A stretch of DNA of 64,000 nucleotides from a virus. The DNA lies in the IMG/VR virus record IMGVR_UViG_3300021142_001794, positions 3,958 through 67,957 of that record. One strand, 5' to 3'. Numbering within the stretch: position 1 is the stretch's first letter; each line of letters starts with the position of its first letter. Made by a program: the position numbers and the translations under genes. The notes below the pieces were generated by a model, which saw nothing but the letters and a program-made list of their open reading frames with translations, searched no databases and was not told where the DNA came from. Shown piece by piece: positions 17,932-27,779 of this stretch.

Positions 17932-18570
17932 TTAATTATTCTTTCTTTCAAAATAAAAACCACCAGTATGTGGTCTTTTTCCTAAGATAACTTTAGATAT
18001 ATTTGGATGATGTAATTTTAATTTATTAGCAGCATCATATATTCCTTCATACCTACCTATTAATATACCGTCTTTATAAGCAAAAACATACCCACTAAAA
18101 AATGGGTTATCTTTCCCTTTCATTTTACCAATGTGAGATGCTCTTAATTTTTGCAGTGTTTCATTTGTGGCTTTTTGACCTGTTCTATGATTAAACTCCC
18201 CCTTAATTCCATACATAGGGTTAAGTTCTCCCCTTTTTGAATTTGATATTTTATTTTTTGCTTCTTTCGATAGACTATAACCTTCGCCTCCCGTAGTTAA
18301 ATTCATTCCATTATGAAAAGTATTATAAAAGATTATCCAATATTTTTCTCTTTCGGCTAATATATTTTCATTGCATTCTTCTAATATTTCTTCTTTGTGA
18401 TTTTCAAAACCATATTTTAATAATGAATGGTAAAAGTGTACTTGTGACTTACAAGCAGCCTTCTTATAATGACACCTCCTTTGATACATATTTACGCTTT
18501 TACCTATATATGAACTTCCCACTGGATTAGTATATTTATAAATTACTCCTATTTTTTCTGGCATAAACAT
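17932..18570 (-). CDS. Free-standing GIY-YIG homing endonuclease with NUMOD repeats
   Basis: VIY..YIG, E.YWI..N, G.LNPMYG NUMOD3, C-terminal NUMOD1-like. Confidence 0.9.
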   Translation of the reverse strand: MFMPEKIGVIYKYTNPVGSSYIGKSVNMYQRRCHYKKAACKSQVHFYHSLLKYGFENHKEEILEECNENILAEREKYWIIFYNTFHNGMNLTTGGEGYSLSKEAKNKISNSKRGELNPMYGIKGEFNHRTGQKATNETLQKLRASHIGKMKGKDNPFFSGYVFAYKDGILIGRYEGIYDAANKLKLHHPNISKVILGKRPHTGGFYFERKNN

Positions 18571-18593
18571 ATTTTATATGTTGCTTAAAGATA

Positions 18594-19835
18594 CTACAAT
18601 TTAGTCAAATCAAAAAAATAATCTTCGTGGCTTACTGTTGCTGAATGTTTGTCTATCACTTGTATTGAGTAGCCACTATATGAACCGTTGTAGTTGTGGC
18701 TACTATGGAAAGAAGGTGGCGCAAATGACATATAATTGCGATAGTCAAACTTATTGCAACGTTTATATCCTAACTGGTGCAAATCGCCCTTTTCAACGTG
18801 AATAAACTTAGAACCAATATTGTGATAGTCAATGTAACTTCTAAAGAACTCTATAATAACGGGGGTAAGGTCTAAAGATAAATTCTTTACCCTTTGTTTT
18901 TCGTCTTTACCGTGAGTATAAATAAAACAATGGTCGCCATAATAAAAATGCTCTACAAAATTATTCAATACTTTAAACCCTATTTGACTTTCACCGTAAA
19001 TCCTATCCAACATCATCTTGATAGTTTCATTGGCTATACGGGCAAAATCCCCGCTATGGTTATCATTTGAAACATTATTACATTCGATACTATCCGACAC
19101 GTTGGCTGCTATAAGCCTTTCGATTAAATTCAGTTTACCTTTAACAAATGTTTTAAACGCATCAACGTTACTCATATTTTGCGGCAAATCGTGAACGCCC
19201 CGTGTTGTTTTTCCATTCCATCCGTCTAACCCATCCCCTAAGTCATCAATAAATAAAGTGTCGAATTTACCGTACTGATTGTATTTTGCTATAACAGAAT
19301 TGTAAACGCTATCTATGTTTTGCAGAAATATTTGAGCATTGTATTTGTAGTTGTAAATTCCGTATCCGTTGGGGTTTGGGTCTAGTCCAACGTGGGCATC
19401 TGATATGGTTACTTTGAGGGCTTTTTGGCAAGTTTCTGTTGGGGTTATAGGGGCAACTATTCTAGTGGTAAGTCTTTCGGATATTATCTCTTGTATTGCG
19501 TTTAAAATGTCGCTTTCTTGTGTTTGTTCGCACTTTACGAATATGGAGGCATCTTTTGTTTTCCACCAATAATGCGTAACCCTTTCTTTTGGAATCCCCA
19601 CATCTTCGCACTCCTCTGATAATGCCGTATGTTTGTTTTGTAGTGATGGCTTTTGCCTATATCCTTTTTCTAATTTTGGCAATTTCCCCTCTTTCCTTAG
19701 TTCGTATACCTTATTGACAATAAAGTTTTTAGTCGTTGCGAATTTAGCAGCTATGTTATCATAACTTTCCGATGGATTGGATAGATAATATTCCTTTATC
19801 TGTTGACCTTTACTTTTTTCTTCGGCGTTAGGCAT
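18594..19835 (-). CDS. Calcineurin-like metallophosphoesterase with N-terminal HTH
   Basis: SDAHVG, LGDGLDG, NDNH, THG, GDLH motifs. Confidence 0.8.
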   Translation of the reverse strand: MPNAEEKSKGQQIKEYYLSNPSESYDNIAAKFATTKNFIVNKVYELRKEGKLPKLEKGYRQKPSLQNKHTALSEECEDVGIPKERVTHYWWKTKDASIFVKCEQTQESDILNAIQEIISERLTTRIVAPITPTETCQKALKVTISDAHVGLDPNPNGYGIYNYKYNAQIFLQNIDSVYNSVIAKYNQYGKFDTLFIDDLGDGLDGWNGKTTRGVHDLPQNMSNVDAFKTFVKGKLNLIERLIAANVSDSIECNNVSNDNHSGDFARIANETIKMMLDRIYGESQIGFKVLNNFVEHFYYGDHCFIYTHGKDEKQRVKNLSLDLTPVIIEFFRSYIDYHNIGSKFIHVEKGDLHQLGYKRCNKFDYRNYMSFAPPSFHSSHNYNGSYSGYSIQVIDKHSATVSHEDYFFDLTKL

Positions 19836-19934
19836 AATTTCCTTTTAGGTAACGTATTAACAATCCTTATCGGTTCTAGTCCGTGAGGGTTGTATATTGT
19901 AGAAAAATGGTTGATGATTGAGAGGGTTGGCATA

Positions 19935-20471
19935 TTATATGAATAGTAACTTTGATTGATTGTACATTGAAACGAAGTCGGAAACAAATTTAGGCGTGGG
20001 GGTTGCGTCCTTATCCCCTATTACCCAACTATCCCAATAAGCCCGTGCCAAATCTTCGACTGTGTTAACCAAGAATGAGTGATAAGTGTCGGGGGTTTTT
20101 TCGCCTATAAATAACCCTTTGTGTTCAATCCTATCAATTAAAAATGCAATCCCCGTATCCAATTTATCGAACACTACAAAACGCCGTGCATTACCTGTCA
20201 TATTCTCATTTTGAACACAAGTAGCAACTATTTTGTTATCCCATATAGAAGCCCACCTGCCACTATCCGCTTGCGTTCCTGATGGATTTACACCGTTGAT
20301 TACACTATGGTAGTTTCCTGTTTCATTCCTTATGATTACCAATGCTGCAATCTTTACTTCTGTCGGGGCGGTTGATAGTTTCAAAGTGTCAACTATCTTT
20401 TGTTGTGGTATTGGTACTGCAACAAAGGCAACTTCTTTTTTTTCTGGGTAACTGTTTTTAACTGTTGTCAT
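19935..20471 (-). CDS. Probable endolysin (lysozyme-fold, GH73-like)
   Basis: IRNETG..NPSG.QAD..RFVVF; position next to spanin and holins. Confidence 0.5.
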   Translation of the reverse strand: MTTVKNSYPEKKEVAFVAVPIPQQKIVDTLKLSTAPTEVKIAALVIIRNETGNYHSVINGVNPSGTQADSGRWASIWDNKIVATCVQNENMTGNARRFVVFDKLDTGIAFLIDRIEHKGLFIGEKTPDTYHSFLVNTVEDLARAYWDSWVIGDKDATPTPKFVSDFVSMYNQSKLLFI

Positions 20472-20757
20472 ATTCCAAACATATTTTTAATAAAATTATA
20501 AGAAGCATCATTGCTTTTGGGGTTAACCTTATCTTTCTTTTTCAAAACCTTATCAACGTAAACATCTTTGCTAGATAGTTCTTCTTCACTTTCAATAGTA
20601 AACATTTGTTTCTTTGAGCCTACTTGAACGATTATTTTGTAAGTCATTTTCTCCCAATTTTATCTTTACCATTATAACTCCAAACCGCCCCTAAGAATGT
20701 CAAGCCAAATAATATATAAAAGGCTGTAACAAAGTCGGATAGGTTAGTGGGTTGCAT

Positions 20758-21303
20758 TTATAATTTAATATTTGTCGGCAACTTAGGTTTAAATAATTCG
20801 TACAATAAGAAGGCACATAATAGCAGCCATAAGGCATTAGTAAATATCGCTATCGTTAGCCTTTTATCCGATTGCGCTTGAACCTTATTTATTTCTACTT
20901 GCCCGTCCGTAATGCCTTTATTTAATACTGCATTGCTTAACCGTTCGTTTGCAATTTGCGAATTGAGTATTGCGATTTGTTGACCGTCAACTATTGTAGT
21001 GGTATCGTGTATAGTGGCGATTGTTCGTATCTTCTTAATGATTGTATCGTGAACGTAAAGCCCAACTGTATCCAAATAGGAAACAGTTGTAGTATCGTGC
21101 TGATAGGTAGTATCCGCCTTACTCGATATTACTATTGGGTTGCAGGGGTGCAGCCCAAGATAAATATTCCCCACCTTAGTAAAGGCTGTTGAATCGGTAA
21201 GCACTTGTTGCGTTGCTTTACCAATGGATTTACACCCATGGCAGAAGCTAATCGCCACCGCCAATGCCAGTATCAATCCCCACTTAGTTACACTTATTTT
21301 CAT
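20758..21303 (-). CDS. Lipoprotein with C-terminal TM, unimolecular spanin-like
   Basis: Lipobox-like CHGC after hydrophobic N-terminus; C-terminal TM IAIFTNALWLLLCAFLLY. Confidence 0.6.
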   Translation of the reverse strand: MKISVTKWGLILALAVAISFCHGCKSIGKATQQVLTDSTAFTKVGNIYLGLHPCNPIVISSKADTTYQHDTTTVSYLDTVGLYVHDTIIKKIRTIATIHDTTTIVDGQQIAILNSQIANERLSNAVLNKGITDGQVEINKVQAQSDKRLTIAIFTNALWLLLCAFLLYELFKPKLPTNIKL

Positions 21304-21321
21304 TTCAATAATTTTAAAAGT

Positions 21322-21653
21322 ACCCCCTTATCGTTCTTATGGTGGATAGGGGGCGTTAAATGTGTCTCGGACACTAGCCCCGTATGATTTAAGGGCGAAC
21401 TTGGGGCAATGTAGCCGCAATGAATTAAAGGCTGTCCAGAGAATCATCCTGCCTTTAAGAACTTTAAAAAGACGGGGAAAGTGTGCTTCTAAATAATCGG
21501 AATGCTATTCGTCATCAATTTGAGAGGCAATCCCCGTGTATTACACTTAGGCTCAAACGGGTATTAAGATGTAGCGTCACCGTTTTCATAGCCTTAATAC
21601 ACTTAGTCAGGATTGAACAACTCCTTAAAGGTGATGCCCAACCCCATAACGCC
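21322..21653. ncRNA. Candidate structured RNA (~300-330 nt)
   Basis: GC-enriched intergenic region with closing helix and at least five nested stems. Confidence 0.5.
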
Positions 21654-21657
21654 AAAT

Positions 21658-21912
21658 TTATTTTTGTCCAGTAAGCAATTTAAGCCAACCAAATACCAAC
21701 TGAAACACTCCATTAGCTTTGACCGATGGTATCAAACTTAATGCTTCACTTGTAGCAAACAAAGCCCCCAATACATAAGGAAGCCATGTTATTTTCGTTT
21801 CAACTGCTGGCAATAAATCCCCTACTACTTTAGCAGTTGTACTATCTTGCGCTATCGCTAAACCACATCCTGCTACTAATAGCATAAATAAAAACACTAA
21901 TACTTTTTTCAT
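21658..21912 (-). CDS. Holin-like membrane protein
   Basis: Signal/TM plus SEALSLIPSVKANGVFQLV. Confidence 0.55.
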   Translation of the reverse strand: MKKVLVFLFMLLVAGCGLAIAQDSTTAKVVGDLLPAVETKITWLPYVLGALFATSEALSLIPSVKANGVFQLVFGWLKLLTGQK

Positions 21913-22002
21913 TTCTTTTGTTTTAAACTGTTATCAAAATATTTAACCCACCCCCACATAACTATCGCCGATAGCAATATGGATAGGGATTGTTTCATTT
22001 AG

Positions 22003-22212
22003 TTATAACTTTTCAAGTTTCCCCTTACTTTTACTATCCTTTTTTATAGCCTTATAATAATAAATCCCAGCCAATACGGAAACGGTACTACCCAATATGA
22101 ATGATATTATCTTCATAGTCCAATCCGCTGTGTTTGCGGAAATTGTAAAGAACCCTATTGCCCCCAATAGTGTTATAAACCCGTCTGCTGTTTCTTTGAT
22201 ATGGTGTATCAT
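22003..22212 (-). CDS. Holin-like two-TM protein
   Basis: Two TM helices, basic C-terminus. Confidence 0.55.
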   Translation of the reverse strand: MIHHIKETADGFITLLGAIGFFTISANTADWTMKIISFILGSTVSVLAGIYYYKAIKKDSKSKGKLEKL

Positions 22213-22237
22213 TTCCTTTTAGATATTGTTTAATTGA

Positions 22238-22585
22238 TTATAAAAAAGTTAGCCGTAAGAAGTTTCCTATAAGGGCTATAAGTGCCGAATCCGTTCCATC
22301 CCAAGCCCTGTATTGTTCCGCTGTGATTACCAACGTATTACGAATGACATTGCGCCCGTCTGTTGCCCTAAGAACGTAATTAACGGTGCAACTACTATCT
22401 ATTGAGTGATAGGTATAACTTGTGAATCCTACCCATTGCAAAGTGTCTGTATTAACTGGGAAATCGTGCTGATAAACTACTTTGGCTATCTTAGCCGCAC
22501 TATACTCGTGTATGCTGGTATCTATCGTTTGAGCCTTCAAACCCAAACTAACCAAAACAAACAACCCTAATAAAATCTTCTTCAT
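22238..22585 (-). CDS. Signal-peptide-bearing beta protein
   Basis: MKK-hydrophobic-LKA|Q. Confidence 0.65.
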   Translation of the reverse strand: MKKILLGLFVLVSLGLKAQTIDTSIHEYSAAKIAKVVYQHDFPVNTDTLQWVGFTSYTYHSIDSSCTVNYVLRATDGRNVIRNTLVITAEQYRAWDGTDSALIALIGNFLRLTFL

Positions 22586-22595
22586 AGTTGTATTT

Positions 22596-23360
22596 TTAAT
22601 GTGAATATTGATAATGAAATGCGTTGTAATTCTGTGCTACCTCTGTTGCGGATAAAGCCCTATTATAAATTTGAACATTAGCACAACTCCAATCCCAAGT
22701 ATCCCCATTTATAGGATAGTAACCTATGTAAATATTTGAATCTGTTGACGCAATTGTACCAGTAAATGTCTTAGTGCTAACTGCTACTCCGTCAAGATAA
22801 AATACCAGTGTATTCGTTGACTCGTTTACTGTCCATGCTATATAATGCCATCCACTAGCGTAAGTTCCACCTTGATAATATACATTATTCGTAGTGCTGA
22901 AAAATATGGATTGCAGATAAGAAGCAGTAGCATCCAATACCGCAACACGTCCGTAATTGGGAGAAACTGCCCCAACGGTATTATATATCCCCATTATGTC
23001 ATTATCTGAATAAAGTGTCCCCACCTTTACTTCTGCACAAAAGGTAAAACTACCCGATAGTGTAGAACTAAAAGAAGAATTGGTATTGGCATAACTTGTT
23101 GCACTATTTGTAAAACTAAAATATGCACCATTACTGGCACTATGAGTAAATGTTGGGGAATTGACTAGACTTGTATTAGTACCTCCCGTTAGATTATTCC
23201 AATTTCCGCTACCATTATAACTAGCTGTTTTATTTGCATCTAAATAAAGCACTAACCCTGCCGTAACAATCTGGTCTTGTGATAGGTTGTTATAAAAAGC
23301 GGACGGTTGAGCCTTAGCCGAAAAAGAAACAAGTAACAATATGTAAACAAATAACCTCAT
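22596..23360 (-). CDS. LamG/ConA-like lectin domain protein with signal peptide
   Basis: GLVLYLDA..W.NL..WHYIA..FYLDG..IYNRALSATEV.QNYNA. Confidence 0.85.
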   Translation of the reverse strand: MRLFVYILLLVSFSAKAQPSAFYNNLSQDQIVTAGLVLYLDANKTASYNGSGNWNNLTGGTNTSLVNSPTFTHSASNGAYFSFTNSATSYANTNSSFSSTLSGSFTFCAEVKVGTLYSDNDIMGIYNTVGAVSPNYGRVAVLDATASYLQSIFFSTTNNVYYQGGTYASGWHYIAWTVNESTNTLVFYLDGVAVSTKTFTGTIASTDSNIYIGYYPINGDTWDWSCANVQIYNRALSATEVAQNYNAFHYQYSH

Positions 23361-23362
23361 GC

Positions 23363-24979
23363 TTATTTAAAGTTTATATGGAACGTGCCATAATAAGTTG
23401 AACTCCCCGTGTACCAAAAACAGATAATATCCACTTGGTTAGCCGCTTCGCCTGTCAATGTAACGGGTGGTGCGCTTCCATAACTCCAATATGTAGTAGA
23501 AGGAAATGTTGTTATAGTTCTGTTTCCTGTACCGTCTTGCTTTACTTTTAGTGTATAAAAACCATTGGTAACAGGGTTTGTAATAGTCAATGTCCTGCCC
23601 GTTCCTGCAAGTGTTACCGTTGCTGACCTAAATTGATTGCTAGCAACATTCCAAGTAATAGTAGAGCTATCCGTTAGGATATCGTATCCGATATTTAATG
23701 ATTTAGCCGCAATTGCAGCAGCCAATGTCAAACTATCATTATAAGTCTTACCCAATGTCGCCAATCCTGTAAATCTTGTAGTGGTATCTGCCTTAATAAC
23801 ATTGCTTACTATACTTAGTGGAGCGTTAGCTGTCAATGTAGGTGCAAGTTTAGTTGTATCAAAGTTATAAGCCCCTGTTGATGAATTATAGGTAAATATA
23901 CTACCACTACTAACGTTTCTAGTAGCGGATAATGATGTTAATCCTATAAAATTCTTAGGATTACTCGAATAAGGGTAGAAGTAAGTAGTAGTATCCCCCC
24001 TTAATGCCACCGTACCACTTGCCCCCGTTGGAAATGACAAAATCCCACCCGAAACATTTACCGCCGCTATATTAGGTAAGGTTAAAGTAGGACTACCGCT
24101 TAATACTATTGTGCTTCCACTTCCTGTTGTCGTATTTCCCAATAGTGTTGCATTCCTTCCATTAAGGCTGTCTATAAAGTTGGATTTGTTTAGTTTTAGG
24201 GATAGTTGGGTGGGGGTAACAACACCATTAGCCGCCGTTGTATCTAGTAACCCTTTTGCGCTTGTTATTGCAGTAGCAGTTAAATTATAAGCCCCTAAGT
24301 TCACATTTGAAGTAGCCCCCGTATAGGGAACAAACCCCGTCACAGAAGGTATATCACTATATAAAGCCATTCTTAGCCAAATTGGTTCAGAATTCGTATA
24401 ATAAGGCAACCCGCCGATTGAAGATATTGCTGAACATCCTATACAAGAATAATTGCCATGCGCAGTATCATTGGGTATATATAATCTATGTTGTGCGGAA
24501 ATTGCGTCTGACGAAATATTATATCCCCCTGCCGTCCACCCTTGCCCCGTAACTAAATCCGTTGTAGGATTTAGATAAAAGAAATTGAAATTATGGTCTT
24601 TAAATGTAAGAGGGAAACTATCATTTAATCCTATTGTTGCTGCCGAACCGAAACTATTGCCACCATTGACATAAGCATTTAAAGCAGAACCCAATATTTT
24701 CCATTTAGAACTTGTACTATCATAGTAGTATATATATTGGTCTTGAGGTCGCCTAGTTATTGCGGCATATTTATTTTTAGGAGTAAAAATAGTATCACGG
24801 GATGGAATAAATAACCCACTATCGACACCAACATAACCTAAGTAATTATAATATTTGGATGTCATATTGGTTTGCGTTGCAGTAGGTTGTACAGAGCCGG
24901 CTTGACCGTAAGAAACGCCAAGCATTGATATTACTAATAATATTGCAAAAAGTATTCTTATGTTTAAATTATTTCGCAT
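23363..24979 (-). CDS. Fibre/spike-like receptor-binding protein with signal peptide
   Basis: SYG|Q signal; VPYTGATSNVNLG and VKQDGTG.RTIT fibre motifs; T/S/G-rich. Confidence 0.65.
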   Translation of the reverse strand: MRNNLNIRILFAILLVISMLGVSYGQAGSVQPTATQTNMTSKYYNYLGYVGVDSGLFIPSRDTIFTPKNKYAAITRRPQDQYIYYYDSTSSKWKILGSALNAYVNGGNSFGSAATIGLNDSFPLTFKDHNFNFFYLNPTTDLVTGQGWTAGGYNISSDAISAQHRLYIPNDTAHGNYSCIGCSAISSIGGLPYYTNSEPIWLRMALYSDIPSVTGFVPYTGATSNVNLGAYNLTATAITSAKGLLDTTAANGVVTPTQLSLKLNKSNFIDSLNGRNATLLGNTTTGSGSTIVLSGSPTLTLPNIAAVNVSGGILSFPTGASGTVALRGDTTTYFYPYSSNPKNFIGLTSLSATRNVSSGSIFTYNSSTGAYNFDTTKLAPTLTANAPLSIVSNVIKADTTTRFTGLATLGKTYNDSLTLAAAIAAKSLNIGYDILTDSSTITWNVASNQFRSATVTLAGTGRTLTITNPVTNGFYTLKVKQDGTGNRTITTFPSTTYWSYGSAPPVTLTGEAANQVDIICFWYTGSSTYYGTFHINFK

Positions 24980-25286
24980 AGTCTATAATGATATATTCTT
25001 GATTGTTAACACCGCCATATATTGTAAGGTTATTTTGCCCTGCCGTATAAATAACATATCTACCACCCGTACTTAATGCAAAGTTTGGCAATACTATACC
25101 ACTTACATATACCCTTACATTTGTTGCGCTTGTTAAAGAACTGTTTGTATAAACACTTTGCCCGTCAACCATTGGGCTACCAGCTTGACCTACCTCAAAT
25201 TCTTGCAGCTGCTGCCAACAACTTGAACTACCGGCACTTCCACCCCCCGAACCGCTAAAGCCAATACCGTATTTTCCTGCTGCCAT
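24969..25286 (-). CDS. Small beta-rich virion protein
   Basis: G/S-rich, in structural operon. Confidence 0.5.
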   Translation of the reverse strand: MAAGKYGIGFSGSGGGSAGSSSCWQQLQEFEVGQAGSPMVDGQSVYTNSSLTSATNVRVYVSGIVLPNFALSTGGRYVIYTAGQNNLTIYGGVNNQEYIIIDYAK

Positions 25287-25296
25287 TTCATAGAAT

Positions 25297-25566
25297 TTAT
25301 CTTGTTATGACAATAGAAGCCGAAGCACCACTAGCGGCAGGAGTTATTTTCAATCCCTCTAGTGGTGAAGCAGCCGAGTTAACGAATGTTTGACTAGCAC
25401 CTGTTGGAATAGAAGCAGTTGTAGAATTATTGCCTTGAAATGCACCACCACCCAATAGATTAACACTACCACTAAGAACAAAAATACTTAACTCAAGCAC
25501 ATTATCAGTTGCCTGTATTGTGATGAAATCAGGATATGTTAGTGTAGTGGTATATGCTGCCGCCAT
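25297..25566 (-). CDS. Small beta-rich virion protein
   Basis: A/S/T-rich, in structural operon. Confidence 0.5.
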   Translation of the reverse strand: MAAAYTTTLTYPDFITIQATDNVLELSIFVLSGSVNLLGGGAFQGNNSTTASIPTGASQTFVNSAASPLEGLKITPAASGASASIVITR

Positions 25567-25567
25567 T

Positions 25568-26050
25568 TTATTTGTTTTGTTGTAGTGCCATTACTTTTTG
25601 TATATTCTCTTCCGAAAACATATCTTTTAGTGGCACTTCTTTTAAATACTCTTTTTGTTTATATAATGCTATCCTTACACCCTCTTTATCGCCTTCTTTT
25701 TTGTTATGACAAACCATTGCATTTAATTCTATCGGCGGTATGCTTAACTCGTTACCTTGCACAATTAGCGAACAAGCTATATGTGTTGGAACTACTTGCC
25801 TTAAATTAAAAACATCCATGTAGTTACCCAGTATTTTTTTAATACCCAATATTTCTTCTACACTTTGTTCTTCTATTTCGCAATAATCTTTATGAACATT
25901 AAATTCAACTTGAACGTCTTTTTTGAGATGTAGAAGAACTTGTATATTTTCTTTATTGGTATTGTACTTGGTAGCGTATCTTTTTAATATACCAACCATT
26001 GTACTAGATATTTGACTTGTATCCATTCGATTGTTTTTAATTCGCCACAA
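25568..26050 (-). CDS. Hypothetical protein
   Basis: ORF; start probably at MDTSQ. Confidence 0.6.
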   Translation of the reverse strand: MWRIKNNRMDTSQISSTMVGILKRYATKYNTNKENIQVLLHLKKDVQVEFNVHKDYCEIEEQSVEEILGIKKILGNYMDVFNLRQVVPTHIACSLIVQGNELSIPPIELNAMVCHNKKEGDKEGVRIALYKQKEYLKEVPLKDMFSEENIQKVMALQQNK

Positions 26051-26073
26051 ATATAACTAAATATTTGTTAAAA

Positions 26074-26556
26074 CTATATATTTAGCGTTTTTTCTATTGA
26101 AACGGGCACGGTTATATTGATAAATCCACTATTAACCGATACTGTTCCAACTGCTTTAATGTCAATGCGAGCATTGCCTCCTAATATACTTCCTAATTGA
26201 CTTGTCAAAATATTTAAAGAACTAGATAAATTTACCGTTGCCGTTAATGGTATTGTAACCGTTCCCAATGGTGCAATATTGGTCTGCATCGTTTGCATCA
26301 CATAACCAACGTCTGTACCATTGACATAAATATCAAGGTATAGACTTTGTATATTAACGTTTATAGCCGAACTGTTTTGAAGTTGCAGATTTACGTTTAA
26401 TGATAATGCAGTTGTTGTTATTGACTGAATTGAAATATCCGTAATTGTATAATTAGAATTTTCCAATAAATCAGTCTCTATCTTGGTGTAATTATATATT
26501 GCATACGCAACAGCACCAACAGCCCCTACAATCAATATCGGTTTTAGTAAAGACAT
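26074..26556 (-). CDS. LEA_2/WHy-domain membrane protein
   Basis: N-terminal TM; L.LQN.S...I....DIYVNG..VG...IAP. Confidence 0.7.
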   Translation of the reverse strand: MSLLKPILIVGAVGAVAYAIYNYTKIETDLLENSNYTITDISIQSITTTALSLNVNLQLQNSSAINVNIQSLYLDIYVNGTDVGYVMQTMQTNIAPLGTVTIPLTATVNLSSSLNILTSQLGSILGGNARIDIKAVGTVSVNSGFINITVPVSIEKTLNI

Positions 26557-26558
26557 TT

Positions 26559-27101
26559 TTATAATTGATAAGTTATACCTTTAGATTGCCAATCGCTATT
26601 AACATCATTTTTATCTTGATTCCACAAACCAAACCACCTAGCATCGAATGCACTATTCACAAATGAGAATAAGTCCATCGGGCTTTCCCATATTGTTTGT
26701 ACTTTGGTATGTGCTGGTCTTGTGCCAAATGATTTTTTTAATAATTCTACGTCAAGATTAGTTTGCATTTGCTTTAAAATTGTTGTAGCGTTACTATATT
26801 GGTCGCCCGTTATTACATTCAATGAATTATAAATAGTATTTGCAAAATCATCATAATTACTTGTAGGAAATGTTTGAGTAACATTGTTAGCTTTATCAGT
26901 AGCTATTTCACTATCCAAGTTAGCTTGTGCAGCAGCCGCAGCTTGTGCAGCAGCAGAAGGAAATATTTTATTGTAAGCAAATTTACCCAATGAATAAACA
27001 ACTATGCCAGTACCTACAAACATAAATCCTCTAACCCATCCATTGATTGATTTATCGGTGTACAAAGATGTAAACTTTTGAAAAAAATTATTTTGTTCCA
27101 T
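26559..27101 (-). CDS. Single-TM virion membrane protein
   Basis: N-terminal TM, helical domain. Confidence 0.6.
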   Translation of the reverse strand: MEQNNFFQKFTSLYTDKSINGWVRGFMFVGTGIVVYSLGKFAYNKIFPSAAAQAAAAAQANLDSEIATDKANNVTQTFPTSNYDDFANTIYNSLNVITGDQYSNATTILKQMQTNLDVELLKKSFGTRPAHTKVQTIWESPMDLFSFVNSAFDARWFGLWNQDKNDVNSDWQSKGITYQL

Positions 27102-27111
27102 ATGTTTAATT

Positions 27112-27270
27112 TTATGAGAAAATATCCGTGAACCAATTATATGTTTTTACCGCAGGATTATTGTTTACATTATCATCATACCACTTCTTAATAAGGATAT
27201 AGCCACCAATGCCAACAACGCTAATGCCTATAAACCAATAAACGCCGTTATTACTATTTTTATCAGCCAT
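27112..27270 (-). CDS. Small single-TM protein (52 aa), not in ORF track
   Basis: YWFIGISVVGIGGYILIKK. Confidence 0.6.
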   Translation of the reverse strand: MADKNSNNGVYWFIGISVVGIGGYILIKKWYDDNVNNNPAVKTYNWFTDIFS

Positions 27271-27749
27271 TAGAAAATATTTTTTAGTGAACCCTTAAAA
27301 CTATCCCACCAATTTTTGCTATTAGTAGAAGGTGTGTTTACGCTACCATCAATATTGTAAACAGTTCCATCTGGTTCTGTGTATGTATTATTGCTTATGT
27401 TAAATACAACAGGCGTTCCATCACTTGCCGCAATGATATTCCCTTGACTATCAACAAACATTCCATAAGCAGGATTGATATTCCCCCTTACATTCCCATT
27501 CGCATCATATAAAGTACTATTATCGCTTATTTCTATATAATCCCCAGCAGCATCAACAATATTAGACGGAACACCGTCATTGTTTATTATCTGCTTTTTT
27601 GGTGAACCATCTTTATTTACAGTTGATTTAGGATTAGCAAAAGAAGTTCCTAAAGTGCTAGTAGGCTTTTTCTTGCTATTTATATAAATACCAAGAACAA
27701 TCAATGCCAATGAAGCCCCAATTAATATTTTATGTTCTTTACTTGTCAT
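27270..27749 (-). CDS. Single-TM protein with DxNG beta-hairpin repeats (paralog of 32653-33348)
   Basis: Shared STLYDANGNV.GN..P..GMFV..IAA.DG.PV. Confidence 0.7.
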   Translation of the reverse strand: MTSKEHKILIGASLALIVLGIYINSKKKPTSTLGTSFANPKSTVNKDGSPKKQIINNDGVPSNIVDAAGDYIEISDNSTLYDANGNVRGNINPAYGMFVDSQGNIIAASDGTPVVFNISNNTYTEPDGTVYNIDGSVNTPSTNSKNWWDSFKGSLKNIF

Positions 27750-27779
27750 TTAGTCTTTATATTAATGCAAATTAAAGTA

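Noticed and set aside
17932-18570. Group I intron around the GIY-YIG gene
   Set aside because: Both neighbours look complete and the gaps are too short for an intron core.
21600-21655. tRNA or tmRNA suggested by GTTCAATCC
   Set aside because: No cloverleaf, acceptor stem or tag ORF could be built.
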